Shown here: positions 43,659 through 53,618 of the stretch, piece after piece
How the letters are laid out: each line of letters opens with the position of its first letter
Position numbering within the stretch: the stretch's first letter is position 1
Assembly (NCBI GenBank): GCA_963845755.1
Contig: CAWJTV010000011.1
Coordinates: 960,001-1,024,000 of the forward strand
Origin: an uncultured Planctomycetota bacterium
GTDB lineage: Bacteria > Planctomycetota > Planctomycetia > Isosphaerales > Isosphaeraceae
Reading direction: 5' to 3'
Length of the DNA stretch: 64,000 nt
The notes under the pieces: generated by a model
What the model was told of the DNA's origin: nothing
What the model saw: the letters and a program-made list of their open reading frames with translations, nothing else
Databases searched by the model: none
Program-made: the position numbers and the translations under genes

Positions 43659-44735
43659 ATGATGCGGATGGGAAATCGGCCGGCGAGCAACGGGGAGTAC
43701 GGCGACGAGGCGAATCGGCCGTCAGCGAGCGAGGACCGGAGCGACGAGAAATTGATGGCCCAGCTCGCGGATGGCCAGCCCGAGGCGCTCGGGCCGCTGC
43801 ACAGTCGCTATGCCGCGCTGGTCTTCGGCCTTGTGGCCCGATCGCTCGATCGGGACGCCGCCGAGGAGATCAGCCAGGAGGTCTTCCTGGCCGTCTGGCG
43901 GCACGCCGCGACCTTCGACCCGGCGCGGGGCTCGTTCCGCACCTGGCTTACTCGGATCGCCCAGACGCGCGTGCTCAACGAGGTGCGGCGCCGCGGCCGG
44001 CGGCCTCGCATCAAGTCAAAGTCCCATGAACCCGTCGAAGTGGATCGACCCGACTCCGGCCCCGGACCGGCCGAGGAGGCGTGGCGGGCACATCGCCGCG
44101 ACGCCGTGCGGGCGGCCGTGGACGCCCTACCGTCGCCCCAGCGCAAGGCGCTGAGCCTCGCCTTCCTCGACGACCTCACGCACGAGCAGGTTGCCGCCTT
44201 CCTCGATGTGCCGCTGGGGACGACCAAGAGCCGGATCCGCGCCGGGGTCAGGGCCCTGCGCACCCGGCTGGCTCCCCTCGTGGCGGCGGGCCTGATCGTC
44301 ACGGGGCTCGCCATCGCCGGCCTTTACGAGATCGATCGGCAGGCCGCCCTCCACCGCCGAGACCGCGCCTTGAGGCTGGTCACCAACAGTGACGTCGTGC
44401 CGCGCCGCCTCGGGCCGGCGCCGGGGATCAACCCCGCGGCCCACGGCAACTACCGCGGCCGGCCCGGCGTCAACCTGGCCGTGCTGACGCTGTCCTACCT
44501 CGACCCGGCCCCCGCCGGCTACGAGTATCGGGCCTGGGCCTTGCACCAGGGGCGCTGGACCTTGCTCGGCCGCGCGACGCTCGAGGGCGAAGGCCGCAGC
44601 CTCATCATCGCCGAGGGTCCCGATTTGACAGTCCTCCCGGATCAACTCCAGGTGACGCTGGAGGCGATCGGCGCTCATGCGGGTGCCGGTGCCGTCCCGA
44701 CCGGGTCGCCGATCGTCCGTTGGCCGACCCCATAA
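43659..44735 (+). CDS. SigK-like ECF sigma factor fused in frame to a TM and RskA-like domain
   Basis: AEEISQEVFLAVWR...FDPARGSFRTWL; LGTTKSRIRAG; TM; LDPAPAGYEYRAW...VTLE...PTG. Confidence 0.8.
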   Translation: MMRMGNRPASNGEYGDEANRPSASEDRSDEKLMAQLADGQPEALGPLHSRYAALVFGLVARSLDRDAAEEISQEVFLAVWRHAATFDPARGSFRTWLTRIAQTRVLNEVRRRGRRPRIKSKSHEPVEVDRPDSGPGPAEEAWRAHRRDAVRAAVDALPSPQRKALSLAFLDDLTHEQVAAFLDVPLGTTKSRIRAGVRALRTRLAPLVAAGLIVTGLAIAGLYEIDRQAALHRRDRALRLVTNSDVVPRRLGPAPGINPAAHGNYRGRPGVNLAVLTLSYLDPAPAGYEYRAWALHQGRWTLLGRATLEGEGRSLIIAEGPDLTVLPDQLQVTLEAIGAHAGAGAVPTGSPIVRWPTP

Positions 44736-45155
44736 TCCGGCGGCCCACACCGGGTCCTCGAGGGGGCGACGAAATGACCGGAGATCACCAGCCGGAGGCA
44801 CGGCCAAGACTGGCCCGTGTCTCCGGCTCGCGTTGGGATCCGATGGCCCCCGCACTCCCGGGCCTTTAGCCACGTCGTCGGGGATGTCGGGGATCGACGG
44901 CGGTCACGGCCTGTCGATCCGCATGATCCCTCTCAAACCGCATGGGGGTTCCGCAACGGGTCTCGAAGAGGGGAGAGACCAATCCAGGACGGACGGGCCG
45001 GTGTATTCACTACCGGAGAGGCGAGATCATCATCGGGGGCCATTCTCTCCCGGGCGGCCAGGGATGCCCGCCCGGCCCCTCACCTCGCTGGCGAGCGAGG
45101 GACTTCAAGATCGAAGGCGACACCAAGGTCCCACAACCCATCAGGAACATCGACC

Positions 45156-45398
45156 ATGAGCTTCGATCCTCACTCGCGTCGCTTCAGCCCGCACTGGATG
45201 TTGCCGGCAATCGAGACGGACGGGGAGGAGACGTCCGAGGCGCCGGACGCGTCTCCCTTCGTCTGGGACGAGGAGTCGCCGAACGCCCCCGCCGAGCAGG
45301 TTCTTGATGACGCACTCGAGCAGATCGCGTCGGAAGCGTGCCGTGTGTGTCCTCTCTGCGGGGCGATCGTGGCGAGAGATGGAACCGTGGTGAGCTGA
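45156..45398 (+). CDS. small acidic hypothetical protein with CxxCxxC
   Basis: AGGA upstream; MSFDPH...ACRVCPLCG. Confidence 0.4.
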   Translation: MSFDPHSRRFSPHWMLPAIETDGEETSEAPDASPFVWDEESPNAPAEQVLDDALEQIASEACRVCPLCGAIVARDGTVVS

Positions 45399-45499
45399 GA
45401 ACCATCCAGCGCGATCTCCCCTTAGAGCGCGTAACGATTGGGTTGCGCACGCCCTTGGGTCGATGCGAATTCACCCCCCTGGATCCCCCCTTCGCAAGG

Positions 45500-47080
45500 C
45501 AGTGAGTTCAGGGTTTTCCTCTGGCTCTAGGGGGCCCCGTCTTTTGCTCATGTGCTTGCTGGAGAACCCGGTAGGTCAACGTATGGTTGCCGAGCACACG
45601 CTTCTTGACTTTCTGATGACCGCCACGGCCGGAGCTGGGCGCTTTCCACCAACGGTCGCTCCAGGCGCCGCGCAACCGCTCCCGCAAGTACGTGCGCACC
45701 TCACTCGCCGTCGGCACGGCGCCCAGCAACGACAGCAACGTCTTGACCTCAACCAACTCGCTGACCGACACCATTTGCCGCTCCACGTCACCGAAGAGCT
45801 TCTCGTTGGAGATCGCCTTGGCCTCACACTCTTGATGCGATGCCAGGTGCGTCCGCACGACTTGCAGGGCGTTGTACGGCAGCAGGCAGAACGACAACTG
45901 GAACAGGACCGCCTTCGGCTGCGTGCCGATGAGGTGCTTCAGCGAGAACACGTCGGTGATCTGCTGGAAGACCGTCTCCAAACTCCAGCGACTGTGATAC
46001 GTCGTGAGCATCGCCTCGGCGGAATACGTCGCCTCGTCCAACAGGTCGGTGATCACGCCCAACTCCTTGCCGTCGGCCAGATGCTTGGTGATCCGGCGCA
46101 CGTACACGCGGTCGGCCTTGGCGACCTTGCCCAGCCAGCCCCACTCCTGCACGATCCGGCGCCCGTCGGCGTCGCGGAGCTCCTGCGCCGGCCGGGACGC
46201 ATCGGCAACGAACGTCGTGTTGCTGCAGTAGCGGATCAGGAAATGGCCGCCGGCCTTCAACACCTCCCGGGGAAAACTCAGGTTGCAGTAGAGTCGGTCC
46301 AGGACCACCAACCACAACTTCTCCCCGCGCCAACTCCGCCAACTTCGGCAGCAGGCCCTCGGTGAGAGCCGCTTCACCGGCTTCGCCGTCGAGGTGGCCC
46401 ACCATCGCGACGGCCAGGCCCGTCCGCAGGTCCAAGCCCACCGACGCCCGCGCACCGAGGATCCCCGCCTGCAAGCCGCGCAACGGCTTGAGGAGCCGGC
46501 GAACGTGCTTGATCGCCTTGCCGTCGGCCCCGAAGACTTCGAACCCGGCCCAACACGCCGGCAACGGCTCCACGGCCAGGGTCTCAGGCAGGACCGCGTT
46601 GAGCCGCTGGGTGCCTTCGGCGAGCAGGGCCTCGCTGAGGGGCAGGGGCAGGTTCCCCAACTTGTCATAGGACGAGGTGATCGAGACCGGCAGCGTGCCC
46701 TGTTCCTGGGCCCGCGTGAAGGCCTGGTAGCCACTCCCCTCGTGCTCGATCAAGGCATCGGTGATCAGATGGGCCAGCGTGCGGAACTTCAACTGCTTCT
46801 CGAAGCAGGGCCCGCGATTTCGCGCCCAGAGATCATCCAGCCACGAATCCGCCATCGCGTAGTGCAGCAACCGCCACACCGAGTCGGCCAGAGGAAGCCG
46901 ACTCAGCACCTCGGCGGCAAACGGGGTGTCGTTGAGGACCGAAGGACTCCGGACGGCTGCGGAAAAGACGGCGACCTCCATAACCGAAGGACTCCTGAGA
47001 GGACCGAAGGTGCAATCCGATGGGTATTTATGATACGGACCTCGGATCCGCGGTGGAACGCCAAGACCCTGAACTCACTG
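45500..47080 (-). mobile_element. IS4-family insertion sequence, 1581 bp
   Basis: perfect 15-bp TIR CAGTGAGTTCAGGGT; 11-bp TSD CCTTCGCAAGG (45489-45499, 47081-47091). Confidence 0.92.
45508..46981 (-). CDS. IS4-family DDE transposase (one frameshift near 46325)
   Basis: ADGK, VLDRLY, YHSRWSLETVFQQI (YREK-like). Confidence 0.85.
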
Positions 47081-47439
47081 CCTTCGCAAGGGGGGAGGAT
47101 TGAGACGGAGCGACCCGTTTCCTCTCCCCCCTTACGAAGGGGGGATCCAGGGGGTTCTTCGGGAGTGAGCGTCGAGTGTATGCAACACAACCGTGAAGCG
47201 CTCTAGCTTGGACCGTGCCACACCCCTCGCATACAGCATCGGGAATGAGCTACGGACCATTGGCCGCCCGATAAGGCCTATCCCTAGTCAACGCGGCCTC
47301 CCTCCCCGCCCTCGCGAATTCCCCCTCCGAAGTCATCCGATCAGGCCATCCCGGTGTATCCCATGCGAGGGGTCGAAACCCCTCACGGTGGCGTGGCCGG
47401 GTCGAAATCCGCGCCGAGATGGGCCGAAGGAGGACGTCA

Positions 47440-48396
47440 ATGATGGCCAATCAAGTCAATAGTGATCATGAGGGCGATGGCGTGGATCGTCGCGGGTTCT
47501 TGAAGTGCATGGCCTGGGCCGGCACCGGGCTCGTCTGGTCGGTCGGCGGTGGGGTCCTTTCATCGCGGGCTTTCGGCCAGGACGCCGGGCGGGCGGGGGC
47601 GGGCAGCTTCTCCTTCGTCCAGATCAGCGACAGCCACATCGGGTTCGGCAAGGACCCCTACAAGAAGACCGTGAAAGCCACGCTCCAGGAGGCCGTGGCC
47701 AGGATCAATGCGCTTCCGCAACGACCCGACTTCCTGATCCACACCGGCGACCTCACCCACCTGTCGACCCCCGAGGAGTTCGACACCGTCGCCGAGATCC
47801 TCAAGGGGGTCAAGGCCGGCAAGATCTTCTACGTGCCCGGCGAGCACGATGTCATCGGCGACGGGTCGGAATACCTCAAGCGGTTCGGCGAGGGGACCAG
47901 GGGTGAGGGCTGGTATAGCTTCGGCCACCGAGGGGTCCACTTCATCGGCCTGGTCAACGTCGCCGGCCAGGGCACCGACAAGGGGCTGGGCGTCCTCGGC
48001 GACGAGCAGCTCGACTGGCTCAAGGCCGACGTGGCGGGGCTCGCCGCGAGCACGCCGATCGTCGTGTTCGGCCACGTCCCGCTGTGGGCGGTGTACCCGC
48101 AGTGGGGCTGGGGTACGCAGGACGGCGAGCGGGCGCTGGGCTGCCTCAAGCAGTTCGGTTCGGTCACCGTGCTCAACGGCCACATCCACCAGATCGCCCA
48201 GAAGGTCGAAGGGAACATGACTTTCCACACGGCTCGCTCGACCGGGTTCCCCCAGCCGGCGCCCGGCCAGGCGCCCGCCCCGGGCCCATTGAAGAACGTC
48301 CCCGCCGAGAAGCTGCGTACGATGCTCGGACTGACGAGCGTGAATTATATCACGGGTCGCGGGCCGCTGGCCGTGGTCGACGAGGCGCTCCAGTGA
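47440..48396 (+). CDS. Tat-exported metallophosphoesterase (Icc/CpdA-like)
   Basis: AGGAGG RBS; DRRGFLK; SDSHIG, TGDLT, PGEHD, GHVP, GHIHQ. Confidence 0.9.
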   Translation: MMANQVNSDHEGDGVDRRGFLKCMAWAGTGLVWSVGGGVLSSRAFGQDAGRAGAGSFSFVQISDSHIGFGKDPYKKTVKATLQEAVARINALPQRPDFLIHTGDLTHLSTPEEFDTVAEILKGVKAGKIFYVPGEHDVIGDGSEYLKRFGEGTRGEGWYSFGHRGVHFIGLVNVAGQGTDKGLGVLGDEQLDWLKADVAGLAASTPIVVFGHVPLWAVYPQWGWGTQDGERALGCLKQFGSVTVLNGHIHQIAQKVEGNMTFHTARSTGFPQPAPGQAPAPGPLKNVPAEKLRTMLGLTSVNYITGRGPLAVVDEALQ

Positions 48397-48998
48397 GCCG
48401 CTACGAGGCGCCCAGCCAACCGTCATCCGGCGAGGGACGGTGGTCCCTCGTCGGCCTCGAACTCCCCGAGAATAACAGTCGGAGGATGGACCGATGATGA
48501 AGACATTCGAAGAGCTCCCGTGAGATCTCAGGCGCCGGGTAGACGCGGTCAGGGATCGTTTCGCGGCGACCTCGCAGGCCGGCGCGGCGCCGCAATTCGA
48601 TCTCTAATTGGAATTGGTGCCGGCCCCGGTGCTTCTCATGCTGATGAGCGAACTGCTGGTCTTCGCAGGCCCGACCGGTGACTCGACTCGTAACGGGAGA
48701 CGACTAGCGCGTCCGCGGCTCGCCGCTCCTCCTGGCGAATCGCACTTGCAAGCAGCCTGTGGCCGTGCAGTCAACCCGGAGGCGCACCATGATGTCGCCG
48801 CTTCCGAAGACCCGTATCTGGCCTCGCTCTACAGGGGGCCGGTCGCACGCAGACGACTCCCTTCAATCTGGCGCAGGCGCTCTTCGGTCGGATCGACCGA
48901 AGGACCTGAGAAGGATTTCTGCGGCTCGATGCGTTTCTGCACGCTTGTCACCCTCGACCCGTGAACGGTTACGTCCCCGGACAAACGTACCATTGTCA

Positions 48999-49195
48999 GA
49001 GTCTGTAGCAACGAGACCGGGTGATAGGAACTCGTTCCCACGCTCCTGCGTGGGAATGCCGTCTTGGCCGCTCTGCGGCCCCGGCGACGCGGAGCGTCGC
49101 ACCCGGACGTTCCCACGCAGAGCATGGGAACGAGGATCCCGATGGTGTGAGGACGAGGCCTTCCTTCCTGAGCCCGGTTCCGTTGCTACAGTCTC
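48999..49195. mobile_element. MITE (197 bp) with Mutator/IS256-like ends carrying a REP doublet
   Basis: 23-bp TIRs GAG(T/A)CTGTAGCAACG..ACCGGG (20/23); 8-bp TSD CATTGTCA at 48991-48998 and 49196-49203; inverted CTCGTTCCCA(C/T)GC pair at 49031-49134. Confidence 0.85.
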
Positions 49196-49367
49196 CATTG
49201 TCACCGAGTTTTCCTTCACGGATTTCGGCGTTGATTGGTTGGTTGCGGCTCGGCGCCTGTGAGCACCCGTTTCCGTGTCCGCCCGCTCCGGTGCTCGCAG
49301 AGCACCCTACTTGCGCTTTTCCTTCTCGCGTGGACCGATTGAGAACGGCGGGACTCGGTTCGACTTT

Positions 49368-50409
49368 CTACTTCTCGGTAGGCAGGAGACCTGCGGTCAT
49401 CTCGCGGAGGCGTACCGTGCCGTCAGCATCTCCCGTGGCAAGCCGACTCCCATCCGGTGAGATTGCCAACGAAGCGACCAGGCCAGGTTGCTGCTGCCAG
49501 GTCGATTCGCGGTGGACCTTCATGGCGTCCCAGGTCTGGATGAGTCCACCCTGAGCCGCCGTCACGAGCTTTCGGCCATCGTTTATGAACGAAACCGATA
49601 TGATCATACGATCAACGTGGTTCACGATCCGCGCGCGGAAGGCCCGTGCCGACATCCCACAGTCCAATTGTCCCATCGGTGCTCCCCGTCGCCAGGGTCT
49701 GGCCATCGGGTGAGAAGGCCATTGTGGGGATGGGTAAGTTGTGCCCGGTTAGCCTCATACGCAGTTGCCACGAGGGATCTGCCCGCTCCCAGAGCAAGAC
49801 CAGGCCCTCGGCGCTCGCCGTTGCCAGGATTTTCCCAAGCGGAGAAAAAGCCACCGCGTTGATCGTCCGATCGTGTCCGTGGAGGACACAACGTACGCGC
49901 GCCTTGACAAGGTCCCGGATCCGGATCGTTTGATCGAAGCTGCCCGTCACGAGACTGCCACCATCGGGGGAGAACGCCACCGCCGTGACCGTCGCCGTGT
50001 GTGACGGAAAGGTCATCGATTCCGCGTCGGCGGCCACGTCCGAGAGCGTGATCGAGCCATCAATATTGCCGACCGCGAGACGCGACCCGTCCGGCGAGAA
50101 TGCGAGACAATACGCGCCGTCGCCATGTCGCGGAAACGTGTGCTGAATCCGGCCGTCATCCGCGTCCCAGAGGATCATCGACCCATCGCCGCCCACCGAG
50201 CCCAGGAGCCGGCCGTTGCTCGAGAACACCACCGACCTGACGCGCTCCGGATGCCTTCCGATCACGTTCCGCGTTGATGGATCGGAATCTTCCCCGGAGT
50301 CCCGGAGCACAACCCACAGTCCCGCGCTCATCGCCAGAATCAGGATCACGGCCCACCGACTGGTCATCGCCGAGGCCCTCGTCTCACCCTCCTGCACTCT
50401 CTCGTTCAT
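49368..50409 (-). CDS. WD40 repeat protein with N-terminal TM (frameshift near 49630)
   Basis: repeated GH...V..VAFSPDG..LATGS.D..I.LWD. Confidence 0.85.
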
Positions 50410-50655
50410 GAGATTAACTCCGTGCTAAGGGCCCGATTGCAACGTTGCCATTCACGTCATCAAGACCTTCCAAGAGTCCAAAACCTTGTCAGCCAACGAC
50501 AATTGTAAAACTAACTACTACGTTTGTCAATGGTACGACGACGGATCGGGCCGTCGCTGCTATCTGGGAACCACTGGATCGGCCGAGATTACCGGCTATG
50601 ATCGTAGAGAGTTCGGAATGGGCCCTTGTCGAATTCGCCCCAGAGGAATCAAAAC

Positions 50656-51981
50656 ATGAACTATTTTCGACTCATTGCGCTCGGTCTGCTCGTGATTCTG
50701 AGCCTGCCCGGTTCCGTTCCGCTCCGGGCCGACGACGACTTCCGGCCGCTGTTCAATGGCAAGGACCTGACCGGTTGGGTGCCGGTCAACGTGGCGCCGG
50801 AGACGTTCACGGTCCGCGACGGGATGATCGTCTCGACGGGCAAGCCGACGGGCGTGCTGCGGACGGACCGCCAGTACGAGAACTTCGTCATCGAGCTGGA
50901 GTGGCGCCACCTTCAGCCGGGCGGCAATGCCGGGCTGTTTGTCTGGAGCGACGCGCTGCCGGCCGTCGGGGTGCCGTTCACGCGCTCGTTCGAGGTGCAG
51001 ATCCTCGACGGGCAGGATGGGCCCAACTACACCAGCCACGGCGACGTCTTCGGCATCTGGGGCGCGACGATGACGCCCGACCGGCCGCATCCGGCCGGCT
51101 GGATGCGCTGCCTGCCGAGTGAAAAGCGGGCGAAACCGTCTCCCGAGTGGAACCACTACCGCGTCATCTGCCAGGATGGCGCGATCAAGCTGGCGGTCAA
51201 CGGCAAGGAGGTCTCGGGCGCCGGTTTTTGCATGCCGCGCAAGGGGTACATCTGCCTGGAGGCGGAGGGCTCGGAATGCCACTTCCGCAACCTCCGCATC
51301 CAGGAGCGGCCCGCGAGTGGCGCGGGCCCGGCCGAGACCGCGGCGCATGATGAAGGCTTCATCTCGCTCTACTCGGGCCTCGACCTCCGCGGCTGGCGGT
51401 CCGACCCGGGCCACACCGGGCACTGGCGAGCGAAGGATTCGATCCTCGACTACGACGGCAAGAGCGCAGCCCGGGACAAGGACCTCTGGACCGAGAAGCA
51501 ATACGGCGACGTCATGCTGATCGCCGACTGGCGATTACCCGGCAAGCCGGCCCCGCGCCGGCGACCGGTCGTCCTATCCAATGGCGACGATGCCAAGAAC
51601 GTCGACGGCTCGGCCAAGACCCTGGAGATCCCCTATGCCGGCGATAGCGGCATCCTGCTCCGCGGCCAGGAGAAGGCCCAGGTCAATATCACCTGTAACA
51701 CGATCGGCTCGGGTGAGATGTATGGTTACCGGGTCAACAAGGCGATGCCCGCAGAGGTCCGCGCTGGCGCCATCCCCAAGGTCAAGGCCGACAGCCCGCT
51801 GGGAGAGTGGAACCGGTTCGTGATCACGATGAAGAAAGACCGCGTGACCGTGATCCTCAACGGTCAGACGGTGATCGACAACGTGCCGCTTCCCGGCCTC
51901 CCCGCCCGCGGCCCGCTCGGTCTCCAGCACCACGGCGACCCGGTGCAGTTCACGAACCTGTTCATCAAGGAATTGGAGTGA
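50656..51981 (+). CDS. tandem DUF1080 (3-keto-disaccharide hydrolase-like) secreted protein
   Basis: LFNGKDLTGW, GNAG, EWNHY and FRNLRI, repeated as LYSGLDLRGW, DSGI, EWNRF and LQHHG. Confidence 0.9.
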   Translation: MNYFRLIALGLLVILSLPGSVPLRADDDFRPLFNGKDLTGWVPVNVAPETFTVRDGMIVSTGKPTGVLRTDRQYENFVIELEWRHLQPGGNAGLFVWSDALPAVGVPFTRSFEVQILDGQDGPNYTSHGDVFGIWGATMTPDRPHPAGWMRCLPSEKRAKPSPEWNHYRVICQDGAIKLAVNGKEVSGAGFCMPRKGYICLEAEGSECHFRNLRIQERPASGAGPAETAAHDEGFISLYSGLDLRGWRSDPGHTGHWRAKDSILDYDGKSAARDKDLWTEKQYGDVMLIADWRLPGKPAPRRRPVVLSNGDDAKNVDGSAKTLEIPYAGDSGILLRGQEKAQVNITCNTIGSGEMYGYRVNKAMPAEVRAGAIPKVKADSPLGEWNRFVITMKKDRVTVILNGQTVIDNVPLPGLPARGPLGLQHHGDPVQFTNLFIKELE

Positions 51982-52040
51982 AGCCGCATCGCCGGGGGTC
52001 GGCAATCCCGACTGCGCCCATGGCATCGTAGCCGAGCCGG

Positions 52041-52541
52041 TCACCCACCGGCGGACGTCCCTTGCTGGCGTTCTTCGAGGAGGGCTTGCAGCTCGGCGAT
52101 CGCCTCCAAATCTTTGGGACGACCCGCGGCACGCTTGAGCTGGATGAGTTTTTCCAGGGTCACGAATCGACAACGCACACCAAAGGTCTCCAGTTCCTGG
52201 GTGAAGGGTAGAAGCTCTTCGAAAAACCCGCCGCCGGCCACCTCTCCCAGCAAGTCCAGGTCGCCGAGGGTGGTGGTCAGGGTGAAATTCAGACCCGACT
52301 TCAGCGTGCGGTCGTCCCAGCGAAACGGCAGGCCGGGCGGGGCACCCCGGAGGTAGGGCTGATAGGGCTGGAGGGCCGTCGCCAGTCGAAGGAGGTTCTC
52401 GAGGTCGCGGGCGTAGACGACGTCCACGTCGTAGGTCAAGCGGGCCGCCCCATGAGCCAGCGCGGCGCCTCCGCCGATGACGATGAAGCGGACGTCATTC
52501 TGAACGAGAACCGGCAGGATCTCGCGGAAGTTGGGCCCCAT
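52041..52541 (-). CDS. nucleotidyltransferase-fold protein
   Basis: VIGGGAALAHG..RLTYDVDV, DLDLL, LIQLKRAAGRPKD. Confidence 0.8.
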   Translation of the reverse strand: MGPNFREILPVLVQNDVRFIVIGGGAALAHGAARLTYDVDVVYARDLENLLRLATALQPYQPYLRGAPPGLPFRWDDRTLKSGLNFTLTTTLGDLDLLGEVAGGGFFEELLPFTQELETFGVRCRFVTLEKLIQLKRAAGRPKDLEAIAELQALLEERQQGTSAGG

Positions 52542-52785
52542 GTCCGGACTCCCTTTGCCGGCCCTTCCGGCCGGCTTCGCGCAACTCCTGGGCGAATTCC
52601 CAGAATCGCTCGAACTTGGCGAACCGCTCCTCCACCGTGAGCTTCAGATTCTCCCGCAGCAGCGTCCGATCCACATCCTTCTTGTACGCCTCGATGACCG
52701 GATCATAATCGTCGGCCGGCGCCGGCTCATGCGGCCGGGCGACCGCCTCGGTTCCTCGCGTCGGTTCGTCGAACTCGCCGCTCAT
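52495..52785 (-). CDS. small partner protein of the nucleotidyltransferase (putative antitoxin)
   Basis: YKKDVDRTLLRENLKLTVEERF; overlaps the NTase start. Confidence 0.65.
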   Translation of the reverse strand: MSGEFDEPTRGTEAVARPHEPAPADDYDPVIEAYKKDVDRTLLRENLKLTVEERFAKFERFWEFAQELREAGRKGRQRESGHGAQLPRDPAGSRSE

Positions 52786-52841
52786 TCCGTTCTCTCCCGG
52801 GTTGCAACCAGGTTACGCGAAGACCAGCGTAGGAGGTAGAG

Positions 52842-52883
52842 GTAGGGTGGGTCGAGCCGCGATTCCTCGCGGCGAGGCCCACC
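52842..52883. repeat. GTAG-type REP-like palindrome
   Basis: GTAGGGTGGG..GCCGCGA....TCGCGGC...CCCACC. Confidence 0.55.
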
Positions 52884-52891
52884 GAAGGCGC

Positions 52892-53119
52892 TCAGGTCGC
52901 GCCGACGGCTTCGTACACTTTCCCGTGACTCTTCAGCCAATCGACATCACCGCGAAGCGCATGCTCTTCGACCTCGCGGAGCCGTTGCACGGTCTCCGCC
53001 TCGTAGCATGGTTCGCTCGGGTCATCCGGGGGGATGACCATCTCGACCTCGACCGCGACGACGAAGCGGTCGGTGTGGATCCACCGGACGCGGGAGATTC
53101 GCTTGCCTGGGATCCGCAT
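52892..53119 (-). CDS. small hypothetical protein (putative antitoxin-like)
   Basis: GAGG RBS; 75 aa; starts 3 bp after the upstream ORF. Confidence 0.6.
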   Translation of the reverse strand: MRIPGKRISRVRWIHTDRFVVAVEVEMVIPPDDPSEPCYEAETVQRLREVEEHALRGDVDWLKSHGKVYEAVGAT

Positions 53120-53122
53120 CGC

Positions 53123-53431
53123 TTAGTCCTCATCGAAGAAATGAACGGTCACGCGCTTCGCGACGCCGGCCTGCCGGAGATGCGACCAGACGGCCTGGAT
53201 TTCCGTTCCGTCCGCCAAGGATTCGCGAACCTCGACTACCGGGTCGGGCTTGGCGTCGCGTCGCTCGACGATCAATTCGCCATCGTCAAGGCCCGCGACG
53301 GCCTGCCATCCCTGACTTCTACGGGATTGAGAATACCCGGGCGTGGACTCACCCGGCCACGAACGAGAGCCTGCTTCAAGATAGCAAAGACGCCCGTCGG
53401 TAGGAAGGTCGCGCGATCGGTCCGACCGCAT
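53123..53431 (-). pseudogene. small toxin-like ORF (DUF4258-like), N-terminus apparently disrupted
   Basis: C-terminal ...PVVEVRE.LADGTEI.AVWS...AKRVTVHFFDED. Confidence 0.4.
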
Positions 53432-53618
53432 AGGATCCTCGGGTACCCCGTCAACCAGCACCCATCGCCCGAGCTGTACGAGTCCACCGTCGAGTGGCCG
53501 ACCCGATTCGGGACCCATCGTGAGCTCGCTCCGACCCGTTTCCCGAGGCCGGCCGATCTGCTATGGTCGTCCTCGACACGATGGACAGCAACGGCCCCGC
53601 AAAGAAGGAGCACACGTC

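Larger units (their letters stand above)
45422..47206. mobile_element. second copy of the TAGAGCG MITE, interrupted by an IS4-family element
   Basis: ends TTAGAGCGC... and ...AACCGTGAAGCGCTCTAG; 193 bp after removing the IS and one TSD copy. Confidence 0.8.
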
